Virus genome (UHGV): UHGV-0212526
Length of the DNA stretch: 46,532 bases
Strand: one strand, 5' to 3'
From: a virus
The notes under the pieces are model-generated. The model made no database searches. It had not been told where the DNA came from and was given only the letters and a program-made list of their open reading frames with translations. How positions within the stretch are numbered: position 1 is the stretch's first letter; every line of letters starts with the position of its first letter. Below are positions 16,231 to 25,774 of the stretch, in pieces. The position numbers were made by a program, and so were the translations under genes.

Positions 16231-18323
16231 CTTACTGTCACCTCCGCCGTTACCTTACGCCGACTAAACTTAAAATCCAGCTTCGTGATATTGCCCGTCA
16301 TTGTCCCCCGGAACCCGGTTGCCACATTTACCCGGTTCCCTAACTCCTGGTCGTTTATGACAGCCCGGAAACTGATACTCTCATTGCTGCTGTAGTATCC
16401 ATATACCCGATCAAGCACCGCCTGCGCATTTCCGGCTGTCACCAGTGTGGCCTCCTTGACTTCGGCAATGTTTTTATTCTGCGTAATCTTTGGGTTTTCT
16501 TTCAGCAACATGGCCGTGCTGTGGTTGTACTTAAGCCCGGTCAGTACCACTTCATTGCCCGTGCCGGTTATGCAGGCATAATTGTCTCCATGGTCCCCAA
16601 GATTTCCACCAGTAATAGACAGACCGTGATAAGGCTCTGAAAACTCTATCCTCGTAGTGCCATCCAGGACCCCCTTATACAGCTGCGCGGATTCTGTCCC
16701 CTGGGTATAACTGTGTACATACAGCCGGATGCCGGTTATGACATCACTGTGTTCCACACTTAATCCCAACCGGATATCTTTGGCCGTGAATTCGCTGGTG
16801 ACCTCGGTCTGCTGTGGGTATATGTACAGTTGCCGGTCATAACTGGTGTCCACCAGGGCTCCAATGGCAAAGGCCAACTGCTGCAGGGCTACACGTTTCG
16901 TACATATTGGCAGGTACCCACTCACCCGCACATCGACATAAACATCATCTAAAAAGTATGTGATACCTTCTCCGGCCATAATACCGGCCAGGATGTCTGA
17001 TACCAAAGCATTGTTGTACACTCCGCCCATGAACTGGTTGTTATCCAGGATTCCCACTGCGTCCTGTGTCTCCACCGAATACCGTTTCGCTCCCAGCTGC
17101 TTCCCATCCTTCAGATAAAAAATCCCCAGTATTGCCTCGTCAAAATACAGCGTCTGTTTCTGCCGATTCTGAAATTCAAACGCATAATCAGACTTGCTTC
17201 GGATTGTATAGTCCATGGTATTGATGCTTACCGCTTCGGATATAGGGCTCAGCTCCATCAGGCAGCTGATATCCTCTATCTCATCATCCTTAAACACACG
17301 GATGAGTCCCCAGGTTATCCCTGTCAGGAATACGTTGCGGTACGGCTTACTGGTCCTCAGGAAGGTAACGACCACCCGGTTATAATAATCCACGATGCCA
17401 TAGCAGAAGTAGTCCGGACTGTCCGGGGAATAATCCCGATCTGATAACAGTTCATCCCCGCGGTACCATTTAATATTGACCATACTGCAGTAGTCCCCCG
17501 AATAATCGTTGAACCTAAGTGTTATCCCCACACTGGAATAAGTTTGACCGAATGTGAATGTGATTGAAGGCGGTTCTCCAAATGTTCCGCCTGCATCGGA
17601 TATGCTGTCACTCACATACCCCATGTCAGCCAGCTCGTCCGGAGCATTGTTGTAGTTACCATCCATCCTCGCGTACCTGGGCAGACACATGGCATAATCC
17701 GGGAACTCTACCCCCGATTTTAGGTCCTGGAGGTCAACATAGTAATCATGGTCGCCCGAAGCCGCCGTATTGTCCTCTGCAGCCCCCAGGGCAATGTCAT
17801 CGTAGACAATCTTAAGCCCACCCGCACCCGTCATCCTCTGGTTCTTCAGTACGGACAGCCACAGATACCGGTATGCCCGGCTGGTCTCAAGGTACGTGAT
17901 GACCAGCTGATTAAACAGCGGCACCTTGGCCCGGCAGAAGTACTCCACCCCATCCGGTTCAAACTCCTGCTCCTGGACCAGTTCCGCATCCTTGTACCAG
18001 GAGATTTTAAGCCTGCTGGCATAATCCCCGGATACCCTGTTAAAAACCATGGACACGCCATTGCTGGTCTTAAGCCGGTCAAAGGTAATCGTGATGGATG
18101 GTGGCTTGTCAAACACACCGTCCGGGCCGCTCAGCGCCGTACTGATATAGCCGTTCTGGCTGTCTGGGATTGTATCCGGGGTATTGACATAGGTCCCATC
18201 CAACCTTGCATACCGCGGCAGGCAGTAGGCGTATGGCGGCATGTCCTGCTCAAAACTGGTCAGGTCGTCCACGGATGAGTATGGCTGCTGTCCATTGGTC
18301 TCTACCCTTATGTCCCACTTCAT
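16227..18323 (-). CDS. tail tip protein with two tandem ~150-aa repeat domains (Dit/Tal-like with putative carbohydrate-binding insertions)
   Basis: 698 aa after the tape measure; internal duplication (PPYAYCLPRYARLDGTYVNTPD..KISWYKDAELV..YFCRAKV vs PDYAMCLPRYARMDGNYNNAPD..NIKWYRGDELL..YFCYGIV). Confidence 0.6.
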   Translation of the reverse strand: MKWDIRVETNGQQPYSSVDDLTSFEQDMPPYAYCLPRYARLDGTYVNTPDTIPDSQNGYISTALSGPDGVFDKPPSITITFDRLKTSNGVSMVFNRVSGDYASRLKISWYKDAELVQEQEFEPDGVEYFCRAKVPLFNQLVITYLETSRAYRYLWLSVLKNQRMTGAGGLKIVYDDIALGAAEDNTAASGDHDYYVDLQDLKSGVEFPDYAMCLPRYARMDGNYNNAPDELADMGYVSDSISDAGGTFGEPPSITFTFGQTYSSVGITLRFNDYSGDYCSMVNIKWYRGDELLSDRDYSPDSPDYFCYGIVDYYNRVVVTFLRTSKPYRNVFLTGITWGLIRVFKDDEIEDISCLMELSPISEAVSINTMDYTIRSKSDYAFEFQNRQKQTLYFDEAILGIFYLKDGKQLGAKRYSVETQDAVGILDNNQFMGGVYNNALVSDILAGIMAGEGITYFLDDVYVDVRVSGYLPICTKRVALQQLAFAIGALVDTSYDRQLYIYPQQTEVTSEFTAKDIRLGLSVEHSDVITGIRLYVHSYTQGTESAQLYKGVLDGTTRIEFSEPYHGLSITGGNLGDHGDNYACITGTGNEVVLTGLKYNHSTAMLLKENPKITQNKNIAEVKEATLVTAGNAQAVLDRVYGYYSSNESISFRAVINDQELGNRVNVATGFRGTMTGNITKLDFKFSRRKVTAEVTVR

Positions 18324-18327
18324 CGCT

Positions 18328-18726
18328 TTACCGCCTCCTTTGTGGTTCCATGGCTGTGAAGTTTAATGACAGCCCATCCATGCCCCAGATGTTCTTCCCG
18401 TTCCGGATCCGCAGCTTATCCTTCCCCTGGCTGACATAAGCCTGGAAGGTCAATGTCTCCTGCCCATACGGGAAGGTCATTTCATGGCTCGCGTAGTTTG
18501 GGTCGGATATGATGCTGTAAAACGCATCATAGGATGCCAGGTCATTCATCCTTGGGTAGATTTTCATTGTGTAGTTGTAGAAAGTCCCTATGATGTCCCG
18601 GTCCATGGAGTAATCCAGAGTTCGCCCGGACTGCTCCGTATCCGTGACCGCAAAGCTGCGCTCCAGTGAGTCCTTCTCCACTTCCACGTTGTAAGCCTTG
18701 CCGTCCATTAAAAATACATTATCCAT
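18328..18726 (-). CDS. small tail component immediately after tape measure
   Basis: 132-aa ORF, 1 nt after TMP stop. Confidence 0.5.
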   Translation of the reverse strand: MDNVFLMDGKAYNVEVEKDSLERSFAVTDTEQSGRTLDYSMDRDIIGTFYNYTMKIYPRMNDLASYDAFYSIISDPNYASHEMTFPYGQETLTFQAYVSQGKDKLRIRNGKNIWGMDGLSLNFTAMEPQRRR

Positions 18727-18727
18727 A

Positions 18728-21700
18728 TCAACCTCCTCCTACAATTACCAGGCTTACGCCCTTGCGGGCTGCCTCTTTGTCCAGTTCCGGTTTCAACACA
18801 CGGGCTAATGCTGCCAGGTTCCCAGTCAAGTTCAAGACAATCTGTATCGGCCGGTTCCCTTCCGCCTGCAGACGGCTTATCATCTCGTCCATTTTAGCCA
18901 CCAGGTAGCCCAGTGTCTCTTCCTGGCCGTATCCTGCCGTGTTCCTCATGCTTGTGGACATCTCACCTGCCCTTGGCGGCACAACGGTTCCGCTGGCCAT
19001 TCTGGGCAGATAGGATGCTGCGTTCGGGATGTTGATACTGATAGGCAGCTTCACCTCCACACCGTCAAACACATCCATGACACCATCTAACCACTTCTGG
19101 ACTGTGCTTCGGGATGATGCCGCCATAGCACTAATGCCGTTATTAAATCCGCGCACCACATACTCCGCAATGCCGTAAAACTCCTTGGACGGCGAGTTGA
19201 TATCAAACTCTTCCTCGGCCTCTTCCATGGCTTCTCTCGCCCACCTTTTAATGGCATCCTTTGCCATGTAAGCAAAGTCAGAGATACCATTGGCGAATCC
19301 CTCATTGATCCTCTTCGCCATATTATAAAATGCGGCGTACATGCCGCCGGTCCCCTGCGTATCACTGTCACCCCAGAACCATTCCTTCACATTCTTTGCC
19401 CAGGTCTCCATGGGTGACCGGGTTTCAGTATGGCTGTCATCAATCTTGGCATTGAATGCCTGGATAATGAGTTCCGCAAATTTTGTCCAGGACAGCTCAT
19501 TCACACCCTGCACCTCATCCACGCCTACAAACCACTTTCGGACATTCTCCGCCCAGGTTTCCATGACGCTCTGGGATTGTGTATAGTTTTTATTAACAGT
19601 ATTGTTGAAGCCCCTCATGATGCTGGTGGCCCACTTCTTGGACTCCGCGGAATCCCCGGAGCTGATGCCGAACTTATTAGAGAACCAGCTGGCCACACCG
19701 GATGCCCAGGACTGGACGACGCTCTGGGAAGCGGCCTGCTCGTTTGTCACGCCCTGATTGAATCCGGCCACGGTGTTGGATCCGACGCCGGCCAGTACGG
19801 TTGACGGACTGTGGATACCCAGGAGGCTCTTGATACCGTTCACGAACGGGTCTGTAATGTTAGCCTTTATAAAACCAACTGGGTTAGAAAAGAATTCCTT
19901 CACGCCTTCGCAGAAACCTTCCCAGAGGTATTGTCCCATCCCTGCCATGACCGTTGACGGGCTGTGGATACCAAAGCCTGCCTTCAAGCCATTGATAAAT
20001 GGATCCACCACGTTGGTCTTAATCCAGGAGACTACTCCCTTAGCGGCATCCACGATTCCCTTAAGCATCCCAGCCCAAACATCACCGCCGCATTCCTCTA
20101 TCTTTCCATTAAAATAATCCTTTGCCGCCGCGAACCCGTCCGCTATCAGGGTCCCAATGAACTTAGCCAGAGCCCCAAAAGCAACGCCCAGCGCAGAGTA
20201 CAACAGCGTGTAAATCTTCCCTGCAAGGCCAATCCAGTCCACAGCCTCGATACAGTCAACAATGCCCTGCACAAAGGATGCCCAGTCTGTCTCCTGCACC
20301 ACGGTAATCAAAAAGTCCAGGATTCCAATTACGAATGTGCTCAATGCCTCGCCTGCATCAGCCCACCGGAATGTCTGGAAGAACGTGCTGATACTGGTTG
20401 CGATATGCTCACCCATTTCGACCCACGGGAAATCTTTTGCGAACTGCAGCATTGCGTCAAAAACTGCGTTAAGCCCAGCCGCAAACAGATACCCTAGCTG
20501 CTCCCATTCAATTTTATTCGCAATCCCCACGATACAGTCAGACAGGGCAGTCCCGATGGCCCCCCAGTCTGTGCCAATGATGAATCCTAACAGACCGGAT
20601 ATCTGCGCCTGGAAATATGCGCCAATGGTTGCGCCTACAAGTCCCCACTCTACCGTATTGACCATCCCCATAAGGCCTTGAGACAACGCATTGCCCAGTG
20701 CGAACCACTCAATTTGGGTAAGAAGAAGATACAACGTATGCGCTATGGTATTAATGCCAGTGCCGAACATGACGCCGATAGAATACCAGTCAATCTTGGC
20801 CACCAGACTGTTGAACAGGGTCGTGAACGCTGTTACAAAAGCTGTTATCTGCGCACCTATATTGTCCCAACTGATAAACTCTGTGAAGCTTTGTACTGCC
20901 TCGTTAATCTTCTGACCTATCAGCTGGCCTATCCCTTCCCAGTCCCCGGCTGTAAACATTTCTTTCAGCTTATTTGCAAAATCACTGATTCCCTTGTCTA
21001 TACCGACAGTCTCAAACATATCAGATGGGCTGGCCCCTCCGCCACCGCCTCCGGATGCATCCGCACCTTGCTGCTGTATCTGTACCAGATCATCGAATGG
21101 AGCCAGGGCTTTCTTTGCCTCTTTGCCGGCTGCACTCGCAGCGCCTCCCGTCTTTTTCAGACTGGCGGCATAATCCTCGTTAGCCTTTTTGGCCCGCACG
21201 AATGTACTCCCGCCCCCCAGCGCGGAAAAGAACTGGTTGATATAGCCCACTGCCGTTGCCAGAAGGTTAATCAAAGTATTAAGTACCGGAGCCACATAGG
21301 ACAGAATGGGCGCGAACGCCGCCGCAAAACTATTTTTAAGGTAGGTCATGTTGGTCATCAGACCAGACATAGACTGGTTTGCACGGTCCGAATACTGCAC
21401 CAGGTTCTGCATACCTTCCTTCACACCCTGTATGGCCGCCCTCATGGCCATGCGGATGAGCATGAGCTTGAACATATTAGACAGCTTTAGAATGCTCTTG
21501 CTGACGTTGTTTGATGATTTCCCTAGGCCTCTTAGACTGGATACTGCCTGTTTTGCCTTATTGGCCAGTCCACTGCCCAGAGCTTTTCCGAAATTGGTGA
21601 CGGTATGGGTGGCAGATGAAAATGCGCTTTTGATTAGGCCCGAAAAAGCCGACGTGCGGTTTCCCGCTTTTTCAACTGATTGCCGGTATTCGTTAACCCG

Positions 21701-22468
21701 CGCGGTAAGCCTGGATATTTCTGCCTGGTTTGCGTCATATTCCGCATATCCCGTGGTGACCCCGGCTGCTTCAAGTACTTTTTGCCGCTCTTTTAGTTCT
21801 TTTAGTTTCTGCACAAGTTTAACAACTTTCTGGTTGCTGACTTCTGCATTTTCCCCGATTTCCTGTAATCGTTGGGATTCTACGGCTGCCCGGCCTTCCT
21901 CTGCAGCTAATTCCGCGAGGCGCTGCTTCTGCACATACAGCTTATTGTTCAGGCTGTCAAGGGATTCTGCTTTCTTCTGATATGCTGAGGTATCACTTCC
22001 TGCCGTGTATGCCTGTCCGGAGGATTCAATATCTGACATCTCCGCTTTATAGGCAGCGAGTGTGTTCCTGGCCTCGTCAATATCATATTGTAGATTTTTC
22101 CACCGGGACGAACGCTTGCTGACGCTCTGTTCAGTCATCTTCTGTTCTTGCGCCATGAGCTTATCAAGCCGCACCTGGGTTTTGGAAACAAGGTCCGAAT
22201 ATTGCTTATATTCTTCTGTTGGGATGTTTTCCCCACCCATCTGCTTCATTTCATCAGAGAGTTTAACGATTTGGCTTTCAGTATGGGCAATCTGGTTTTC
22301 AAGTTCGGTAAGCTTTATGGATTTCCCAAAAGCATCATTGATTCTTTTGCCGGCGGCTTCTGAGCTTTTAACGAGAGTCTTAACCGCACGGTCAAGGGTG
22401 CTGACCCCATCCTCAAAACCACCTGTATCTACCTTCGTGTCAAATTTCAGGCTTCCATCTGCCGCCAT
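18728..22468 (-). CDS. tail tape measure protein
   Basis: 1246 aa; N-terminal coiled coil, central hydrophobic segments, internal repeats (DPFINGLKAGFGIHSPSTVMAGMG / DPFVNGIKSLLGIHSPSTVLAGVG; ETWAENVRKWF / ETWAKNVKEWF); canonical position after chaperone pair. Confidence 0.85.
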   Translation of the reverse strand: MAADGSLKFDTKVDTGGFEDGVSTLDRAVKTLVKSSEAAGKRINDAFGKSIKLTELENQIAHTESQIVKLSDEMKQMGGENIPTEEYKQYSDLVSKTQVRLDKLMAQEQKMTEQSVSKRSSRWKNLQYDIDEARNTLAAYKAEMSDIESSGQAYTAGSDTSAYQKKAESLDSLNNKLYVQKQRLAELAAEEGRAAVESQRLQEIGENAEVSNQKVVKLVQKLKELKERQKVLEAAGVTTGYAEYDANQAEISRLTARVNEYRQSVEKAGNRTSAFSGLIKSAFSSATHTVTNFGKALGSGLANKAKQAVSSLRGLGKSSNNVSKSILKLSNMFKLMLIRMAMRAAIQGVKEGMQNLVQYSDRANQSMSGLMTNMTYLKNSFAAAFAPILSYVAPVLNTLINLLATAVGYINQFFSALGGGSTFVRAKKANEDYAASLKKTGGAASAAGKEAKKALAPFDDLVQIQQQGADASGGGGGGASPSDMFETVGIDKGISDFANKLKEMFTAGDWEGIGQLIGQKINEAVQSFTEFISWDNIGAQITAFVTAFTTLFNSLVAKIDWYSIGVMFGTGINTIAHTLYLLLTQIEWFALGNALSQGLMGMVNTVEWGLVGATIGAYFQAQISGLLGFIIGTDWGAIGTALSDCIVGIANKIEWEQLGYLFAAGLNAVFDAMLQFAKDFPWVEMGEHIATSISTFFQTFRWADAGEALSTFVIGILDFLITVVQETDWASFVQGIVDCIEAVDWIGLAGKIYTLLYSALGVAFGALAKFIGTLIADGFAAAKDYFNGKIEECGGDVWAGMLKGIVDAAKGVVSWIKTNVVDPFINGLKAGFGIHSPSTVMAGMGQYLWEGFCEGVKEFFSNPVGFIKANITDPFVNGIKSLLGIHSPSTVLAGVGSNTVAGFNQGVTNEQAASQSVVQSWASGVASWFSNKFGISSGDSAESKKWATSIMRGFNNTVNKNYTQSQSVMETWAENVRKWFVGVDEVQGVNELSWTKFAELIIQAFNAKIDDSHTETRSPMETWAKNVKEWFWGDSDTQGTGGMYAAFYNMAKRINEGFANGISDFAYMAKDAIKRWAREAMEEAEEEFDINSPSKEFYGIAEYVVRGFNNGISAMAASSRSTVQKWLDGVMDVFDGVEVKLPISINIPNAASYLPRMASGTVVPPRAGEMSTSMRNTAGYGQEETLGYLVAKMDEMISRLQAEGNRPIQIVLNLTGNLAALARVLKPELDKEAARKGVSLVIVGGG

Positions 22469-22516
22469 ACCATCACCTCCTGCACAGGCATAAAAATAAG
22501 ACGCCCATCCGGCATC

Positions 22517-23080
22517 CTAACCCAATAAGTTATTCCAATAATCAATCTCCGCCTGCTCCTCTTCGGTATACCGTTTCCGGATGTCGCAGAGTTTCTTGTT
22601 GTTGCGGTAAAACTCCTGTTCCCACTTTTCCAGCTTCTTTCCCTTGGCTTTCTTCTGACGGATTCCCAAGACTGCGGAAAATGTCCCTTCCTCAATCTCC
22701 ATGAAATACCCTGAGAATGTCCACCAATGGATGTATGGGGCCGCCCTGGTCTCCGTACCTGCCACTTTGTTGATGGCGGGAAATAAGATGGGTTCATCCT
22801 GTTCCCAGTCCATCACCTTCCTGTCCGGCTTCTTATCGTCATCCTCCTGGCCGCAGTCCACAAACCACTTGGCCTGTAGGATAGCCTCCTCCAGATGTTC
22901 CTGCGATATCTGGCTAAAACCATCCCGGTATAGGCGCTTCATCAAGATTTCCAGTTTTTCTGCAGGTGAAAGCTCCGGGTCGGAACAGGCCGCCAGGAAA
23001 ACCAGTATGTTCCGGTAATCGGTTTCAATGGGATAGCTTACCCCGCCCACGTCAAGGCTGGTTGGCAACTGGCCAATCAT
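22517..23080 (-). CDS. tail assembly chaperone partner (Gp15-like)
   Basis: 187-aa acidic protein directly upstream of TMP, overlapping the preceding chaperone ORF by 4 nt. Confidence 0.5.
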   Translation of the reverse strand: MIGQLPTSLDVGGVSYPIETDYRNILVFLAACSDPELSPAEKLEILMKRLYRDGFSQISQEHLEEAILQAKWFVDCGQEDDDKKPDRKVMDWEQDEPILFPAINKVAGTETRAAPYIHWWTFSGYFMEIEEGTFSAVLGIRQKKAKGKKLEKWEQEFYRNNKKLCDIRKRYTEEEQAEIDYWNNLLG

Positions 23081-23526
23081 TTCCCTATATCCTCCAGATA
23101 CTTCCTGGACTTTTCCCGATTCTTCCTGGCATACTCCTCGACAGCAGGCTTCATCAGCACAAGTAGGCCCTCCAGCACCCCTTCATACAGATATTTCTGG
23201 CCAACAATGCAGAGCGGGGACTGACCGGCAAATATCGTGTCATATACATCCGATAGGAAGATGCCATTGAACGCCTTACGCATTTCTCTGGAAAACTCAG
23301 CCACGTATGCACCGTCCCTTTCCATATCGCTTTTTGGGGTTCCGTCCGGATTCAGTTCAATCCCCTCCGGGGGACTGTAATCCTTAAAATGTCTCTGTAC
23401 ATCCAGCACACGGTTGATGATTTCCGGGTCTGCCGGGTTGAACCGGATAATCCGCGTCGGGTCGTCATTTACCGTGAAGCTCTCATAGCCATCATCAAAC
23501 AACAGGCTCTTCATTTTTTTTGCCAT
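23077..23526 (-). CDS. tail assembly chaperone
   Basis: 149-aa acidic protein between major tail protein and TMP. Confidence 0.5.
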   Translation of the reverse strand: MAKKMKSLLFDDGYESFTVNDDPTRIIRFNPADPEIINRVLDVQRHFKDYSPPEGIELNPDGTPKSDMERDGAYVAEFSREMRKAFNGIFLSDVYDTIFAGQSPLCIVGQKYLYEGVLEGLLVLMKPAVEEYARKNREKSRKYLEDIGK

Positions 23527-23584
23527 CAGGTTTTACCTCCTCTTTGACTTCTGCCAGCGGCACAGCCGCCGCTGGCTCCGTTCT

Positions 23585-24121
23585 TCATGCATCTGCTGTA
23601 AACGTCTTTGTAGCAAGTACAAACTTACCCTTAACCCTGTTTCCAGTGTGGTGCACATTAAATGGAATCTGATACCCAGTGGTATCTCCGCCATAGCTGG
23701 ACACTTCAATGATTGCATCTTCCTTATACGCCACATAGGTACCTTCCGCTGATTCAACTGGTTCCCACAGATGTACTTCCACCACACTGGTCTTAAGGTC
23801 ATCCAGGGTCTGTCTTTCATCCACAATGTCCTGCAGACGGTCAAACAACGGCTCTCCAATCTCAGCATAGTACGGGTCAGCGGATGCCTGGGGCTGATAG
23901 CTGTCCAGATTGACGGATGTCTCGCCCCATATATTATTTTTAGTTTCCACATTGGCGTTCATCTCTACAATGTACTCTTCCAGGTCCTTGCCCAGGCGGC
24001 TGTATTCAGCCTTGCTGGCAGATGGGAGGGCCGCATCAATATAGTGTGCCATCCACTTTCTTTTGATTTTTCCTGCTGCAGGAATTGATTCCGCAAACAG
24101 CTGTAAGTTCATTTTACGCAT
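23585..24121 (-). CDS. major tail protein
   Basis: 178 aa; N-terminus MRKMNLQLFAE, a signature common to major tail/structural proteins of Firmicutes siphophages; position before chaperones. Confidence 0.6.
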   Translation of the reverse strand: MRKMNLQLFAESIPAAGKIKRKWMAHYIDAALPSASKAEYSRLGKDLEEYIVEMNANVETKNNIWGETSVNLDSYQPQASADPYYAEIGEPLFDRLQDIVDERQTLDDLKTSVVEVHLWEPVESAEGTYVAYKEDAIIEVSSYGGDTTGYQIPFNVHHTGNRVKGKFVLATKTFTADA

Positions 24122-24123
24122 GG

Positions 24124-24573
24124 TTATTCCTCGCTTTCTATTTGGTAGGTCACCTGTATTTGTATCTGGTACAGGATTCCATCATTAACAGTCTCACCCA
24201 TGGGCTGCATGGCCATTGCATTGGATGTGATGGCTTTTATAAACCTGGCCTCCATCTCCTGGTTGCCAATATTGACACTAAGCCCACCCTCCTCCGGCAG
24301 CTGTTCCAGCCAGTATCCCAGTTCCAGAAGGAAATTGCTGTTGACCAGCCGGCAGTAATCCGTGAAGGACGGCGCCACCGCATACATGGCGAAGTTGTGT
24401 CGGCGGGTCTGGTTCCCCAGCATATCCTCCTTGACCAGGCTGTCCCCATTGCTGGACAGGCCATAACTGGAGCCCGGCTCCGTGAAATCCACATGGATAT
24501 CTCCATCAACCAGAAACTCCGATATTTTGGGATACTCCGTCAGTTTCTGCCTCATAAAATCTATGATTGTCAT
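24124..24573 (-). CDS. tail completion / tail terminator-like protein
   Basis: 149-aa ORF between head-tail joining genes and major tail protein. Confidence 0.45.
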   Translation of the reverse strand: MTIIDFMRQKLTEYPKISEFLVDGDIHVDFTEPGSSYGLSSNGDSLVKEDMLGNQTRRHNFAMYAVAPSFTDYCRLVNSNFLLELGYWLEQLPEEGGLSVNIGNQEMEARFIKAITSNAMAMQPMGETVNDGILYQIQIQVTYQIESEE

Positions 24574-24995
24574 TAGGTCCCTCCCCTGTCTATCAATGCT
24601 TGGGCAGCCTGCAGGATATCATCCTTATGGTCAGCCTTCATCCGGTCAAAAAACTTCTTTCCGCGCACAGGAGCACCGGCATAGGTCAATTCCTGGTCTG
24701 TCGGTATTTTAATCTCGTTCTTCTTCGCCCAGGCGCTGCCTGTTGTCGGTGATACATATAGGATGCCTTCATGCAAATAATGGGCATAAGGACCTGGTAT
24801 GTCAATCTGTCCGGAGCCAATTACCGTAGCCATGACCATCATATGCTCCAGCTCCCCTGCCTGGCGCCGCGGCATATAGTCACCCATATACCTCATGCAT
24901 TCGCCATCCACCAGCTTCTGCACCGACCCCCCAGGCTGCAAGCCGTGGTTTCTTTTAATGGTTTCTGCAGTGCTGATATTGAATTCCACCTTCAT
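24573..24995 (-). CDS. head-tail joining protein (HK97 gp10-like)
   Basis: 140-aa ORF in connector module. Confidence 0.5.
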   Translation of the reverse strand: MKVEFNISTAETIKRNHGLQPGGSVQKLVDGECMRYMGDYMPRRQAGELEHMMVMATVIGSGQIDIPGPYAHYLHEGILYVSPTTGSAWAKKNEIKIPTDQELTYAGAPVRGKKFFDRMKADHKDDILQAAQALIDRGGT

Positions 24996-25006
24996 ACCAA
25001 CACCTC

Positions 25007-25387
25007 CTACTTACAGGCCAACTCATAATGTTGTACTGACTCACTGCCATACAGCCTTTCATCTACTGTGGTCACCGTCAGGAATCTATGGGCCGTCTTA
25101 AGGGCCGCCAGGGACTTTGACATGGCCTCCTGGCTGCTGCAGTCTACCTCATCCTCAATGATACCCTTGACAGCCAGGTCCTTGCCCTGGGTCAGTTTTA
25201 TGGTCCCAGCCAGGCTTTCCATAGGGATGACCAGAAGGACAGATGTGCCCTCCCGCTGGCCAGTCTTAAGATAGGTGGACTGCCTCACGTCCTCCCAGTA
25301 CACACCCTCTATGGGCATCCTGGTGTACATCTCAGTCTTCCCATTCTTGCTGTACAAGTACAGCGTTACATCCGCATTGATATACAT
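25007..25387 (-). CDS. head closure / head-tail adaptor protein
   Basis: 126-aa ORF in connector module. Confidence 0.45.
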   Translation of the reverse strand: MYINADVTLYLYSKNGKTEMYTRMPIEGVYWEDVRQSTYLKTGQREGTSVLLVIPMESLAGTIKLTQGKDLAVKGIIEDEVDCSSQEAMSKSLAALKTAHRFLTVTTVDERLYGSESVQHYELACK

Positions 25388-25388
25388 A

Positions 25389-25760
25389 TCACACCCCCTG
25401 ATAACACAGACCGGTATGAGCCAGCCATTTCATAACAATGCTGCGCTGTTCCCTGCTGATTGCCGTAGCAGATTCCTGGGCACTGACAAAACCGACTGAA
25501 TATGTGCCAATCTTCTCCGACGTCTTCCCTCCGGATTCCTTCTGCTGCTTCTCCCTATGGTATTCGGATTCCGACAGTTCACAGCAGCACATCTGTACTT
25601 CCTCGGGAACATCTGACACACCTTTCAAGCGGTTGAATGTATACCGGTCAATGACCTGGCTGGCAGAACGTGCGTAAAAAAGGAAGCCAGCTGTGATGAC
25701 CGGCTTCCTCCCCTTCAGGTAATCGTTGATATAGTACGTTTCGTCAGTGTATGCCCGCAT
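25389..25760 (-). CDS. head-tail connector (gp6-like, DNA-packaging)
   Basis: 123 aa directly after the capsid gene. Confidence 0.55.
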   Translation of the reverse strand: MRAYTDETYYINDYLKGRKPVITAGFLFYARSASQVIDRYTFNRLKGVSDVPEEVQMCCCELSESEYHREKQQKESGGKTSEKIGTYSVGFVSAQESATAISREQRSIVMKWLAHTGLCYQGV

Positions 25761-25774
25761 CGCGCCCAGCCTCC

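Noticed and set aside
13000-16300. Diversity-generating retroelement targeting the tail fibres
   Set aside because: No reverse-transcriptase ORF anywhere in the window, and no template/variable repeat pair flanking the fibre C-termini.
18750-22493. Many plus-strand ORFs (up to 270 aa) opposite the tape measure gene
   Set aside because: All antisense to a single long, well-supported 1246-aa minus-strand gene. No RBSs.
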